In this document: in pieces, positions 13,347 to 25,684 of the stretch | Position numbering within the stretch: position 1 is the stretch's first letter | Layout of the letters: each line of letters begins with the position of its first letter | From: Podarcis muralis | Taxonomy: Eukaryota | Length of the DNA stretch: 64,000 bases | Direction: 5' to 3' | Assembly: GCF_964188315.1 (NCBI RefSeq) | Contig: NC_135659.1 | Span: 38,130,001-38,194,000, forward strand | The notes under the pieces: generated by a model | What the model saw: only the letters and a program-made list of their open reading frames with translations | Told to the model about the DNA's origin: nothing | Database searches by the model: none | Made by a program: the position numbers and the translations under genes

Positions 13347-13642
13347 GCGCCTCCACCCCCATCGTTCAGCCTGGACATGGAGGTCCAGCTCCAAGGGCCT
13401 TCTGGCAGTTCCCTCCCTGTGAGAAGTGAGGTTACAGGCAACCAGGCAGAGGGACTTCTTGTGGTGCCCACCCTGTGGAACGCCCTCCCATCAGATGCCA
13501 AGGAAATAAACAACTATCTGACTTTTAGAAGACATCTGAAGGCACCCCTGTTTTTAATGTTTGATGTTTTATTGTACTTTTAATATTCTGTTGGGAGACA
13601 CCCAGAGTGGCTGGGGAAACCCAGGCAGATGGGTGGGGTATA

Positions 13643-13694
<52 letters not shown>

Positions 13695-13695
13695 T
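13347..13695 (+). mobile_element. L2-clade LINE 3' fragment with (TTA)n tail
   Basis: ORF 13377-13583 reads VVPTLWNALPSDAKEINNYLTFRRHLKA; same 3' UTR as the 9272 and 18160 copies; (TTA)n at about 13648-13693. Confidence 0.9.
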
Positions 13696-14999
13696 TCCAA
13701 TGCAGCAACAGAAGCAGCAATGCAGCCCCAGGTCAGATATATAAGGATCTCTGACTTGGGGCCATTAATATTACAATGGTTGTAAAATTGCTAAAGGTAT
13801 GAGAAAAACTCACTATAGCTACAGAAGTAAAGAGAGAGAGAGATGAAGAGAAAGAGGCATTTGCAGGTTTTGTGCAGAATAAACCTGACCTTTTAAATAT
13901 GACTGCAAGTTCAATAGCAGATTGGACTTTAAACCTAGTATTGAACTAAAATTGCACAGCGTTTTGAATGTCTTCTTGCTGCAGATCTATTTTCTGATGC
14001 TACTCTATTGTACAATCTTATCAAGTAACCCAGAAGCACTTGGTATATATGTATTTGTTCTAGAACATTCTTAATGAACAGAGGCACTACATTTATCATA
14101 CAATTCATGCATGCTTATTTCATGCACCTACTGGCATTATACAAAGGCTGTATCTTTGCATGCTTACCTGAGAGTAAGTCCAGTTAACTACAGTGATGCG
14201 TACTAACGAGTAAGGATCACGCGGAAACATTCATTTGCCAAGGAAGCACTATGATCTTCAATTTAGCAATGTTAGTTTTGGATTTGTTCAAATGGCCTTA
14301 CACAAGGTTATGTATATTTAGTCCTTCTCAATGTTCTCAAACATTTTCTTTTATATTGTTTGAGCTTTGTGCCTTAAAAAAACACCCCACCAGTATTTGT
14401 TCCTTAGGCAAAGGTACTGTGCACAAGAATAACCAACCATTTCTCATCATGCCAAAGAGTTGATGAGTTGTTGGCTGAGCTGCTGTTACATAGACAGACC
14501 CCAATTCGTTTATATGCATGTGCCACAGCTATGCATGCACTGGCCACGAAAAATAGCTGCAATTTCACCAATGAGCAAATGCAATTTGATGAAATGCTGG
14601 TAGGGTGGGGAAACAACCCCACTCCTCATGCCCCCTCAGGAGGCTGAGAAAGCATGTGCACATCTCCCAGTTATACGTGGTTCCCCATCCAGTTTAGGAT
14701 ACATATCCAGAAACCCTCTATTTTATATTTATAGCCCCTAGCTGGATTAGAGAATCTGAATGCAATCTGTTATATTTTATACTGGAGAAGCTTTTTGTTT
14801 TGTTTTGAACTTGTCTGCTTTGGGGCAGATATTATAGTACATTAATCTATAGCTTTCTCTTCTCCCATAATATTAAAGTCAATAAAGTAATAAAACTGAA
14901 GGTTCCCCCACCCCTGTTTCATGTAAGCCTTGCAACACAAAATACACAGTACTCACAAGGAGGAAATAATTAATATTGATTAACATGTACTTTTAAACA

Positions 15000-15340
15000 T
15001 TTCTGTTGACGTCACTTGGTTTCTCACCAAGGGAAAACAACGCACTACGAGGGCGCATTGCTTAATCGAGAGTGAAAGACATATTTCACAGTTTAACGCA
15101 ATATTTCAAAGTATTATTGTATGAATGCTGTCATAATAATTAGTCATTTTCATTCCCTAGCAGATCTGTCAGGATTTTTACAATGGCGTTTGATGCTATG
15201 TTGGTCTCAGACTATAACAGAGGCAAATTGAATTTGAAAGCCTCCATTTTGAAACTTCAATACTTGCGCCAAATCAGTTCCATTAGCGTACGCTGGATGA
15301 GCTCTGAGTAAGTGGCTGTGAAGACAGCTGTCCAAGTAAG
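15000..15340. promoter_or_regulatory. Candidate conserved non-coding/regulatory element, possibly containing an exon
   Basis: Non-repeat sequence retaining several CpGs; full CRE palindrome TGACGTCA at 15007-15014; TAATTA and CTGTCA motifs; splice-like signals at 15160/15161 and 15307/15308. Conservation is inferred, not measured. Confidence 0.3.
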
Positions 15341-16150
15341 GAAAGGAAGGATGTTATACATTAAGCAATGTTATGCATTAAGCAAAGCACACACACTTCT
15401 GATGGTACATTTCATTGTTATGACACTCTTTGCAGATGGCTGGATTTTGAAACACATAGTGTTGTATCCAACAAAACCATTGCACAAATAGAATGTCCCT
15501 TCCTCTTCTCTCCCCACCCCCGCCTGAGCTCTGTGCACCTCCCAAATTTGCTTCAGGGGATTTCCCAGCTGTCCAGAGTAAATCTGGGGGACGACACATG
15601 GGGGTGGAGGCAGGAGAAGTTTCATTGGGCTTGGCGAAACTGTTCCACTCGCTCAGTGATTTGGTTGGATTCAACTCCAAATCTCTTAACTGCAAAGCAT
15701 CTAGCAGCCATTTATCCTTCGTTTAGCACATCTAAAGTGCTTAACCAATATTGGTGGATCCCTACCATAGGGATGGAGGCCTGTAACCCTTTAGACATGG
15801 TTGGACTACAAGACTTATCAACCCCAATCATTGGCCATGTAGACTGGGGCCAATGCAAGCTGGCATTCATCAACATTCAGAGTGATGAAGGATCCTCACT
15901 CTTGCCCTACAACGATACCAGTGGAGGGGCAATGCTGAGGCTGAGAGTGACATAGCTAATTTTGAATTTAAAATAAGATGCCTGCTGTGCAATATCATCA
16001 ATCATTGAAAAGTTTGCCATTTGCAGAGGGTAAATTACAATTGCTCCATGAAGTCACATCAACTGGAGATGTATTCATTTATTTTGTAATGTGCCTAATT
16101 GATAATCACATAGTCATATTTGTGAGCACAGTCCACATTTAACAAACTGA

Positions 16151-16152
<2 letters not shown>

Positions 16153-16190
<38 letters not shown>
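16153..16190. repeat. (GT)n microsatellite
   Basis: Directly visible, about 19 units. Confidence 0.98.
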
Positions 16191-16192
<2 letters not shown>

Positions 16193-16729
16193 CCATCTGC
16201 CTAACATAATTTGGGTAGTGTGTAGCAAAGGATGCTGAACAAATGTTACTAACATCTTTTGTATAGCACAATCTGTGAAAAATTAGTAAAGGCCAACCAT
16301 GTCAATATACATTATCCAGTAATTTAGAACTGGCCACCATTCCTTTTATACTCCTTGAATACACCTTGAATTCACTGCACATTCTCCCATTTTGGACATT
16401 CATTCTTGATCTGCAATAATAGAAGGTTCGTAAATTCCATTGAAACTGAACCACAACATATTGAAAATACAGAATTTGCCTTACAGTAGCTAACAACATG
16501 TGGATTCTTCTACAGTTTTAAGTGTTTCTCAGACACAAATCTAATGAAGTCTGATGCCAAGATCCTTGAGGCATCCAATATATGCACAGCTTCTGAAGAC
16601 TCTACAAAATATGCAAGTGAACCAAAGAATTCTACTTGAATATGAAATGGGCCAAAATAAGTAACAGTTTTCATTAGCTGGGGCTGCTATTTGCAGGTAT
16701 TTCAGTGTTGCGGCAATGAACAAGGGTAT

Positions 16730-16749
16730 TACACACACACACACACACA

Positions 16750-16802
<53 letters not shown>
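16730..16802. repeat. Compound (CA)n/(TA)n microsatellite
   Basis: Directly visible. Confidence 0.98.
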
Positions 16803-16803
<1 letters not shown>

Positions 16804-17836
16804 AGTGGGGATTCCAGTGCATTATTTCCACTTCACTGAGTTGGATCAGGCTTCCCTTCTGCAAAAAAACCCTACCAGTCTTCCATTGGCCACACATGTA
16901 TCTGGTTGGTCAATGTAGGAACAGCTAGATGAGTCTTTTACCTGACCTGGCAGAGTTCATGCAGAGTTCATGGAGATCCAACAGAAGCTTCCACTATATG
17001 AGGGGTAGAGGTGATTTTGTGTCTCTGTGTGTTTAAAATATAGCCATTTAACTGATGAAAAACCTGCTACAACTAAGAATTCATTGGAAAAACCTGGGAG
17101 TTGCAGGATGGAAAAGGGGTTGCACATTCCTAAATTTTAACAGCATTAAGTCCTAATTTAGCTGTGGCAGCTGAAATGTGAAATCAGATTCAGATTCAAC
17201 TGCACATTACAGGTCTTCATAGGATTTACATTACAATTTTTTTGTTTTTAATATTAGGTCTGCAGCATTTTGTCAATTGAGTCAAAATCTTTGGCATTTG
17301 GAAAAGATTTATCAGCTGCATTTGCTCTTTCGTGATTATGGTAAGAAAAAGAATACTTTAATCAAGGACTGTAATAAAAAGAAGAAGACCAGAAACCTTT
17401 TTATTTTTATGATTGCATAATAATTCTAAATTCTCCCACATCAATCTGTGTGCTTTTCACAGTGGGCATTCTGGGAAACAAGCAAAAGGAACAAAAAGGA
17501 CCTTTCAGCGACCTTACTTAAATAAATCCTGTTTGTGACATGCAAGCAAATGTACTACAGTGTGAACCTGGGAAGTCAAATCAAGGTCTTGCTCTTCCCT
17601 TTAAGCTCTTTGAAACACTATGGAGCAATTGCAGCCCTGTTCAAATGTTACCTGCACTTGTTGGATGTACCCATGTGGGGAGGGGCCAGGGACACATCAA
17701 CTAGTCCTGCTTCTGATATTAGTTCCTCTGCTATTGATGCTGTGTGTGTTTACCTTTCAGCCCTAGACAGCATTGCCAATGGTTAGTAACAAGTAGGGTT
17801 GTAGTACAAAACATCTGGAAAGCACCAGGTTGGGAA

Positions 17837-17837
<1 letters not shown>

Positions 17838-17890
<53 letters not shown>
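17838..17890. repeat. (TTA)n microsatellite, probably the tail of the adjacent minus-strand L2
   Basis: Directly visible; resumes as TTATTATG immediately after the CR1 insert. Confidence 0.9.
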
Positions 17891-17891
<1 letters not shown>

Positions 17892-18159
17892 CAGAGAAGC
17901 GGACACGGAGCAATGGATCCAAACTACAAGAAAGAAGATTCCACCTAAACATTAGGAAGAACTTCCTGACAGTAAGAGCTGTTTGACAGTGGAATTTGCT
18001 GCCAAGGAGTGTGGTGGAGTCTCCTTCTTTGGAGGTCTTTAAGCAGAGGCTTGACAACCATATGTCAGGAGTGCTCTGATGGTGTTTCCTGCTTGGCAGG
18101 GGGTTGGACTCGATGGCCCTTGTGGTCTCTTCCAACTCTATGATTCTATGATTCTATGA
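17891..18159 (+). mobile_element. Young 5'-truncated CR1 LINE
   Basis: PEKRTRSNGSKLQERRFHLNIRKNFLTVRAV C-terminus, 3' UTR and (ATTCTATG)n tail; I count about 7 mismatches in about 250 bp against 53639-53890. Confidence 0.95.
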
Positions 18160-19755
18160 TTATTATGACTATTTATGTATACCCAGCCGATCTGGCTGGG
18201 TTTCCCCAGCCACTCTAGACAGCTTCCAACAAAATCTTAAAAATACATTAATACATAAGTCATTAAAAACTTACCTAAACAGGGCTGCCTTCAGATGTCT
18301 TCTAAAAGTCAGATAGTTGTTGATTTCCTTGACATCTGGTGGGAGGGCGTTCCACAGGGTGGATGCCACTACCGAGAAGGCCCTCTGCTTGGTTCCCTAT
18401 AACCTCACTTCTCGCAGTGAGGGAACCGCCAGAAGGCCCTCGGAGCTGGACCTCAGTGCCTGGGCTGAACAATGGGGGTGAAGACGCTCCTTCAGATATA
18501 CAGGGCCAATGCCATTTAGGGCTTTAAAGGTCAGCACCAACACTTTGAATTGGGAGCCAATGTAGGTATTTCAAGACCGGTGTTATGTGGTCTTGGCGGC
18601 CACTCCCAGTCATCAGTCTAGCTGCCACATTCTGGATTAGTTGTAGTTTCTGGGTCACCTTCAAAGGTAGCCCCACATAGAGCACATTGCAGTAGTCCAA
18701 GCAGGAAATAACCAGAGCAATGCACCATTCTTGTGAGACAGTCTGCAGGCAGGTAGGGTCTCAGCCTGCGTACCAGATGGAGCTGGTAAACAGCTGTCCT
18801 TGACACAGAATTGACCTGCACCTCCAAAATGACTCCCAGGCTGTGCCCCTGGTCCTTCAGGGGCACAGTTACCCCATTCAGGACCAGGAAGTCATCCACA
18901 CCTGCCTGCCTCCTGTTCCCCCAAAACAGTACTTCCATCTTGTCAGGATTCAACCCCAATCTGTTAGCCGCCATCCATCCGTCAACCGACTCCAGATGCT
19001 CACACAGGACATTCACCACCTTCACTGGTTCTGATTTGAAAGAGAGGTAGAGCTGAGTATCATCTGCATATTGATGAACACCTAGTCCAAACCCCTGAAG
19101 ATCTCTCCCAATGGCTTCATGTAGATGTTAAAAAGCATGGGGGAGAGGACGGAACCCTGATGCACCCCATAAGTGAGAGCCCAGGGGTGCATCCCCCAAC
19201 ACCACTTTCTGGACACCACTCATCCCCCAACACCACTTTCTGGACACGTCCCAGGAGGAAGGAGCAGAACCACTATATAACAGTGCTCCCAGCTCCTCTA
19301 GACAGTCCAGAAGGATGTCATGGTTGATGGTATCAAAGGCTGCTGAGAGATCCAGTCGAACTAGGAAACAACATTCACCTTTGTCCCTAGCCCGCCGGAG
19401 ATCATCGACCAGTGTGACCAAGGCAGTTTCAGTCCTATGATGAGACTTGAATCACGATTGGAAGGGATACAAATGGTCCACATCCTCCAGGTTTGCTTGG
19501 AGTTGTTCAGCAACCACCCGCTCAATCACCTTGCCCAAGGATGGAAGATTTGAGACTGGGCAATCGTTGTCCATATTGGCTGGGTCTAAGGATGTTTTTT
19601 TAAGAAGCGGTTTGATAACCGCCTCTTTCAGCGGGTCTGGGAAGGCTCCCTCATAGAGGGAAGCATTCACCACCCCGCAGAGCCCATCACCCAGCCCTTC
19701 CCGGCTCATTTTTATTAGCCAGGATGAGCAAGGATCAAGGATACAGGTGGTCGGT
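18160..19755 (-). mobile_element. L2-clade LINE, 5'-truncated, with degraded RT domain
   Basis: Minus-strand remnants EAVIKPLLKKTSLDP...PVSNLPSLGKVIERVV, LVRLDLSAAFDTINHDILL, HQYADDTQ (about 19054-19077) and RLGLNPDKMEV; frameshifted; 31-bp internal tandem duplication near 19190-19250. Confidence 0.95.
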
Positions 19756-20134
19756 TGTTTTGTACAAATTCACACTGTAAGCAGAAACCAAAAGTTGTTC
19801 CATCTGCATTAAGCCTGACATATGAAGGCATTTTTCATTTTTCAGCTTCCTCCATGTGTGGGCTGTAAATAATGTTCATGAGGTGCCCCTGGGAAGGCTC
19901 TACTACAGGGAGAAAGACCTAAAGAAAGAAAGAAAAGGAGAGAGGAGGTGGCAGGATCAAACACTTCAAAAGCACTCTCTGGGTACGAAAGATTTCCAAG
20001 CTAGCAGCTAGCATGGTTTTAAGGTGAAGAAAGTGAAAGGATACTGTCTCTAATCAATGGATGTAGCTGGCATTGCTACATTGACTTTAATCCAGTTGTT
20101 TTGCTTTGCTTTTTATTTTGTTAAAAAAGAATTA

Positions 20135-20304
20135 CTGTATTTTTCCGTGCATAAGACTAGGTTTTGTTTTTAAACAAAAAATAGGTTTAAAATTGGGGCT
20201 CATCTTATACACAGGCAGTGCTGAGGGGTGTTTTCTTAATTTGGAGCCCTCCAAAATAGGAGGCATCTTATACATTGGGGTGTCTTATACACAGAAAAAT
20301 ACCG
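20135..20304. mobile_element. Tc1/mariner-superfamily (Tc2/pogo-like) MITE
   Basis: TIRs CTGTATTTTTCCGTGCATAAGAC / GTCTTATACACAGAAAAATACCG, flanked by TA on both sides (20133-34 and 20305-06). Confidence 0.8.
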
Positions 20305-23014
20305 TAAATCATATATTTAGGCTGGATGTCATTTATTTAACCGCCTAATTTAACTACTGCACTAATTCCCATCTTCTGAACAAGCAGTTGGTTGAGTCTG
20401 AGCAAATAACTGGATACAGATTAAATCTTTTCTAAACATTCTCTCAACAGACTTAAATGGGAAAATATGCACTCCTACAATTACATACATATCTGACTGC
20501 TTGGTAAGTTCATATATATTGGATGTGATCATGATGAACTGGTCATTTCCCAGGATGAATGGGAATTTATCCTGGATGCAAGTTCTACAGGAAATATTGA
20601 GGAGCCACTTGTTGCTGGCTTGAGCCATCCAGCCATTTTTTAAAAGAAGCAACGAGTTGGATTGTGTCTAGTAGGCAAACGTAGTACGTGCTACTTACGT
20701 GCCCTATGAATTGGAAGAGGAGAAAGAGTAGACCTAATATACCCAAATGTGTGTGATGGGCCATTTCACATCAAGCGACATGGGATATTTTTACTTAGGA
20801 CCTCATATTTATTTTCTGTGCCGTCCATGTCTTTGCTCATGGCAATCAATTGGACAAGGGTTAGCAAAATCAATCACTGACAAGTGCAAGCTGCTCTTCA
20901 TTGCCTCTGCTGCTACATTTCCAAATAAATTAGGAAAAACATGTAAGAAGCCCTGAACCAGTTTGTCCTCTGCAGTTCAATGCACCTTTTTGTCTGGCTT
21001 TTATTAACGATGTCATAAAATGTATCGCCACAGGTTGATAAAATGCACTTGACACCATATAGATTCCTGGGGTGGTGACCATGTAGAAAGAAATAGACCT
21101 AGGGAAAATGAACAGCCACTTCCAGTTTCTCCTCTTTGATTCTTACCGTCAAAATTTCAGGATATTACCATCCAATTGAAAGACCAAATATATGGATGAC
21201 TTCACCAGAACACCATAAGATACTTTGCTATAGAAGAAACATAGTACCTTAAAGCTTCTTTTAAACAACAACAACAACGATTTCTGAACTCATCAGATTG
21301 ATTAATGTGCTAGGAGATCATCAGCAAGACTGCATTCATTAGTGTCCATATTTTGGTTTTTGAATGGGAGATGTTGATTATGTTGGCACACACACATCTT
21401 GGAACTAATCCAGCTGCCGTGACCAGGTGAGCAGGAGTTCTGGAATGATATTTCTTGTACCATCTGCTTGATACCATCTTGCGTCTCCATCTCAAACATG
21501 GCCAAGCAGCAGCTCTCAAACTGTGAGTCAGGCCTCCTTGGCCAGAGTCCAACGTCTTTATGCCAAGGCTCACGTGAAACAATGAAAATGAAAAATGGAA
21601 CCTCCAGACTTTTTCATTACAAACGCAGCAAGGAACAGCCCATCTATAAGCAATGAATATTTTATGTACACTTCTGATTTTTCTTTGAGGAAATTAACTG
21701 AAGCACTGCTATGTGGTCAAGAGTCTTGGTTACCAAATTGCCTCCCGTGGTTTCCCTCTCTTTCTCAAATTGGTACATCAGATACATAAACAGACAGACC
21801 AGCACCGGCATGGTTAGGAAACAGACACACCTGTGCAACTTTCATCCAGGTAAGCAAGACTTGGTATCACAATTCAAGGACACCTTCTAGCCAGGCAAAA
21901 GTACTAGGGGAGAACATAACGCAGATCCAGTAAGAGATATAGCTTGGAGAGTGTCCCAAAGGCCAGATGAAAAGGCCACATTTAGCCTGTGGGTTGGAGG
22001 TTCTCCACCTAGTGCTAGGTAAACTATAGCTCACTGACACATAGTTTCCTCAGTCATATTCTATGACATTATGAGGCAAATTAGTGCATACACCACATAT
22101 CCTTAACTAAACAATTTAATATGTAAAATCTTCGTGTTAGACAAAGTTTCGTAGCATACATTGTTTCTCACAGCAACAATACAGACCCCCCTCTTGAGTA
22201 CAAGTGAGCTATTTTTAAAGCCGTTCTCAGAAAATGCCATCTGCATATGTGTACGGAACCCTTGACCTCGACAGAACACAGAGAAGCCATCGTAGTTCAG
22301 AGATCTGGTGTGAAGGATAACTATAGCTTGCAACAGTACTTAAAACTGCAAAAACTAAAAGCACCCCAGCACTGCTGATTGCTGCTGTCTGGCAGCACGT
22401 ATCTCAGACAGTGGTGATCCCTGTACCTGGTGGGGTGACTTGTGGCCAAGGAGGTAATGTAGGCAAGGCCAATAAAGCCACATGAGAAGGGTCAAGATGC
22501 TCTCCTTATCTTATCTTCTCATCCTCTTTCCTTACAAATATGTGAACATAAAAGTTTTTCAGTTGTTTAATTACTTAATGTCTACCTAACTAAACAGAAA
22601 AGTGTCTAACTTTGTTTTAGAATGGGTGAAATATTGTCGCAATAACCACACATTACTCAGAAGTAACCCCATAAAATTACCGGGGATGACTCCCACAAAG
22701 AACTGAGGCCTGAACTGGTTAGTCTTAGAGGTGCCACACAGAACTTTTAATAAGCCCCACCTGCTGATCTTTCAGCCCCTTATTCACTTCTGTGTCTTCT
22801 CCTCAGGATGTGTAGGAGACAAGGGTTAAAATCAACACTCATCTATGCAGCTCCTTGGGCTGTTCACTGTCAGCTTATGTCTTGGGTCTGTGAGGATAAA
22901 ATGTGGAGAGGAGAAGCATGAATGTGATGAAAGGAAACCAGACTCACATTTATTAATTGGTTTAACACAGAGTAGCTGGTCATGGGAAGATAATGAACAA
23001 ACCAGTTATAATGG

Positions 23015-23110
23015 GTCTGGTAGCTACCTCGTGCTGCAATTCTAACCATGTGTACTCTGAAATAAGTCCTATTGAATTCAATGAAGCTTACTCCTGGGCA
23101 AGTGGGGTTA
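23015..23110. repeat. Short quasi-palindromic squamate interspersed repeat
   Basis: TACTCTGAAATAAGTCCTATTGAATTCAATGAAGCTTACTCCTGGG; related degraded copies near 14160-14215, 47380-47460 and 54960-55020. Confidence 0.5.
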
Positions 23111-24689
23111 ATATATTAACTGCATGTATACCCCCTGCCCCAACAGGAGTTCCCTGGGTTTTTCCCAAAGCAAAACAAAACAATAGTCAGACAGGTTTAG
23201 TACACATGCACAGGGGACAACATGGAAATAGCTTTAACTATTATCTTTGAGAAAGATGGATACAGTGAAGACACTGTTCAGAGGAAGGATCCAAAGAAAG
23301 GATAGGGCCTGAGCATGTTTAAGAGGGAAGAGAGAGATTAAGGATTCTAACAAGGAAACAAAGGCAAATATGCATTCTGTTCTGCTCTGCTCATCTTGCC
23401 CCCCCCCCCTACACATAGAAATATGTTGCACTTTAAACTGGAAACAAAATTAAGTTAAAAATAAAGTTTGAAATGTTCCTACTGGATAGCTTTCTCCTTC
23501 TTTCTGCAGACTCTAAATTCAAACACATGCAGGAAGAATGCATGGTTCTGATTCACGTATGAACACCTGAAGTAGAATGAATGATTCTGATTGGCTTAGG
23601 GTAGGCGAGGACTGGATGAAGACTGATGTGTTTATATTTACTTAGTCCTTATCTTGTCCCTGAAGTTGTTTTTGGAAAAGAGAGGCAGGGAGGAGACAGT
23701 TATGCAGGTATTTCCACAGCAAATCAAAGGACCTATGTTGTTTGCTTCCTTTTAATAAGATATAAGTAACGAGTGCAAGTTTCTTTTTTACTGCAACCTG
23801 ATATGAAAAGCTAAAGCCTGCATTTTCAATCACAATCTCCCTTTCTTTAAAAGAATAGATCAGACTTTTGGATCCTCTCTGGAAATTGGCTATTTTGGAA
23901 AGTAGTAAAAGGTAAGTAACTTTATTTTATTGAACACAAATGGTTCTATGAAAGAAGGTGGTTTAAAAAAAAAATCCTTTTATCTCTCTCTACATTAAAC
24001 TTCCAGTATGTGGTGGCTAGCCTTTAGGAAACGGGCTAAGTTTGACATCTGGAGAATAAAATACAGCATTGCTAGGTCCTGAAGACTTTCATATAATCTT
24101 CATTATGATATTTTTGGCATCACATGCCACATAAATATTCATGTTTTTGAAGATACTTCCTATTTCTATAGATTTCTTTGTCGTATGCAGGTGCAATTAT
24201 AGATTCATGAATACAGCTAATCACTTATAATACTTAACAGGAATGAAGCCATTGCAATAAAACCCTTCCTGATTTTTTCTGATGATGCCGTGGGCTTAGT
24301 GAATGGATTCAAGGATGAGGGATACTGTCAAAAGGACTGTGGAGAATATCTTATTAAAGCTGCTTCCCGGTTTCATTTTATAAGAAGAAAGATTTTGTGC
24401 AGTCAAAAGCAGTGCTGTTCTCATACATGTGCTGATCACTGAATATCCCAGGTTGCATTAAGCCCACCCCGTCAGCTTGCCATTGGGAGACTTCACAGAA
24501 AGCAGAAAGTGCTGGGTCTTTAGTATAATGAGAACTTGCAAGTCCACTTTCAATTCTAGTTGGGAGAGGACCCTAACTCTCACAGAATTCCTGTTAGGCT
24601 CATAAGTAAATTCAGGAAATAATGAACATTCCCCACTCCTTCCCATTTTCTAACCATTAACAGAAATTTGCCATTTTCACACCATACCA

Positions 24690-25125
24690 CTCTAAACCAT
24701 TGTGGCTTCCTCCAAACGATTCTGGGAGCTGTAGTTTAAGGGTGCTGTTGGGAACAGTGGCGTAGCGTGGGAGGTGCAGGGGGGCCGGCCGCACCGGGCG
24801 CAACATCTGGGGTTAGGGCAAATCCACAGGTTAGGGGGCGCAAATCCACGGGTTAGGGGGCGCAAATCCACGGGTTAGGGGGCGCAAATTACTTGCCTTG
24901 CCCCGGGTGCTGACAACCCACGCTACGCCACTGGTTGGGAGACCCCGCTTCCCCTTCCAGAGCTACAGTTTCCAGAGAGGCTGAACAGTCAAGCATTCTT
25001 CATAGAGAACTCCGAGAGTTATAGCTCTGTGAAGAAAAGAGGGGTCTCCTTAAATCTCTCAGCACTCTTAATAAACTACAGCTCCCAGGATTATTGGGGG
25101 AAAGCCATGACTATTTCAGTTGGCA
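24690..25125. mobile_element. Old palindromic MITE-like repeat (host of the 24755 insertion)
   Basis: Inverted arms TTCTGGGAGCTGTAGTTTAAGGGTGCTG ... CAGCACTCTTAATAAACTACAGCTCCCAGGA. Confidence 0.6.
24755..24933. mobile_element. Young hAT MITE with internal 22-bp TTAGGG-containing repeats
   Basis: Perfect 17-bp TIR CAGTGGCGTAGCGTGGG / CCCACGCTACGCCACTG; 8-bp TSD GTTGGGAA / GTTGGGAG (7 of 8). Confidence 0.92.
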
Positions 25126-25243
25126 TTCGAATGCTTTAAATATATGGTGTGATGTGGGGAGAGAGAGGCAGGCGCAGAAGGGCTGTTCTTCCAGTCTACA
25201 TGAGCATAAAAGTGTTACTAACAGGAGAGTTCTATTGCGAAGA

Positions 25244-25295
<52 letters not shown>

Positions 25296-25395
25296 ACCTC
25301 ACCCATCTGGCTGGGTTTCTCCAGCCACTCTGGGCGGCTCCTAGCAGAATATTAAAAACATGATAAAACATCAAAATTAAAAACTTCCCTCAATA
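25244..25395 (-). mobile_element. L2 3' end with (TTA)n tail
   Basis: CCCATCTGGCTGGGTTTCTCCAGCCACTCTGGGCGGCTC block shared with the other L2 copies; microsatellite tail at the left. Confidence 0.85.
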
Positions 25396-25684
25396 TCTGG
25401 GAATTGTTAGCGCCCTTAGGAACGGTTCTTTTACAAAGTGTTTGGAGACTGTGGGTCTGCTAAAGCATATTCCTGGTGGCTTTCAAAGAACTAAATAAAA
25501 CTTGGACGGGCTGGATGTTTACTTCGCTACCATTTTTTAAAATGTGTTTATTCATGCATGGTTTTTTTTAATTAATAAAGGATATTATTATCTTGACCAC
25601 AGTTGTATAAGTCACTTCAAGCACTGGATGAGGTGGGATAAAAGCATTTCAAATAAATAAATGCACATAAGCTAAGTAGTTCTA

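Noticed and set aside
15368-15955. 195-aa ORF, the longest not obviously TE-derived
   Set aside because: No recognisable domain; it runs through what looks like an old MITE remnant (about 15770-15890); other frames are also open, as expected for random ORFs.
16541-16928. ORFs with CVCVCV/THTHTH runs, and the poly-I/L/Y ORFs elsewhere
   Set aside because: Translations of (CA)n and (TTA)n microsatellites.
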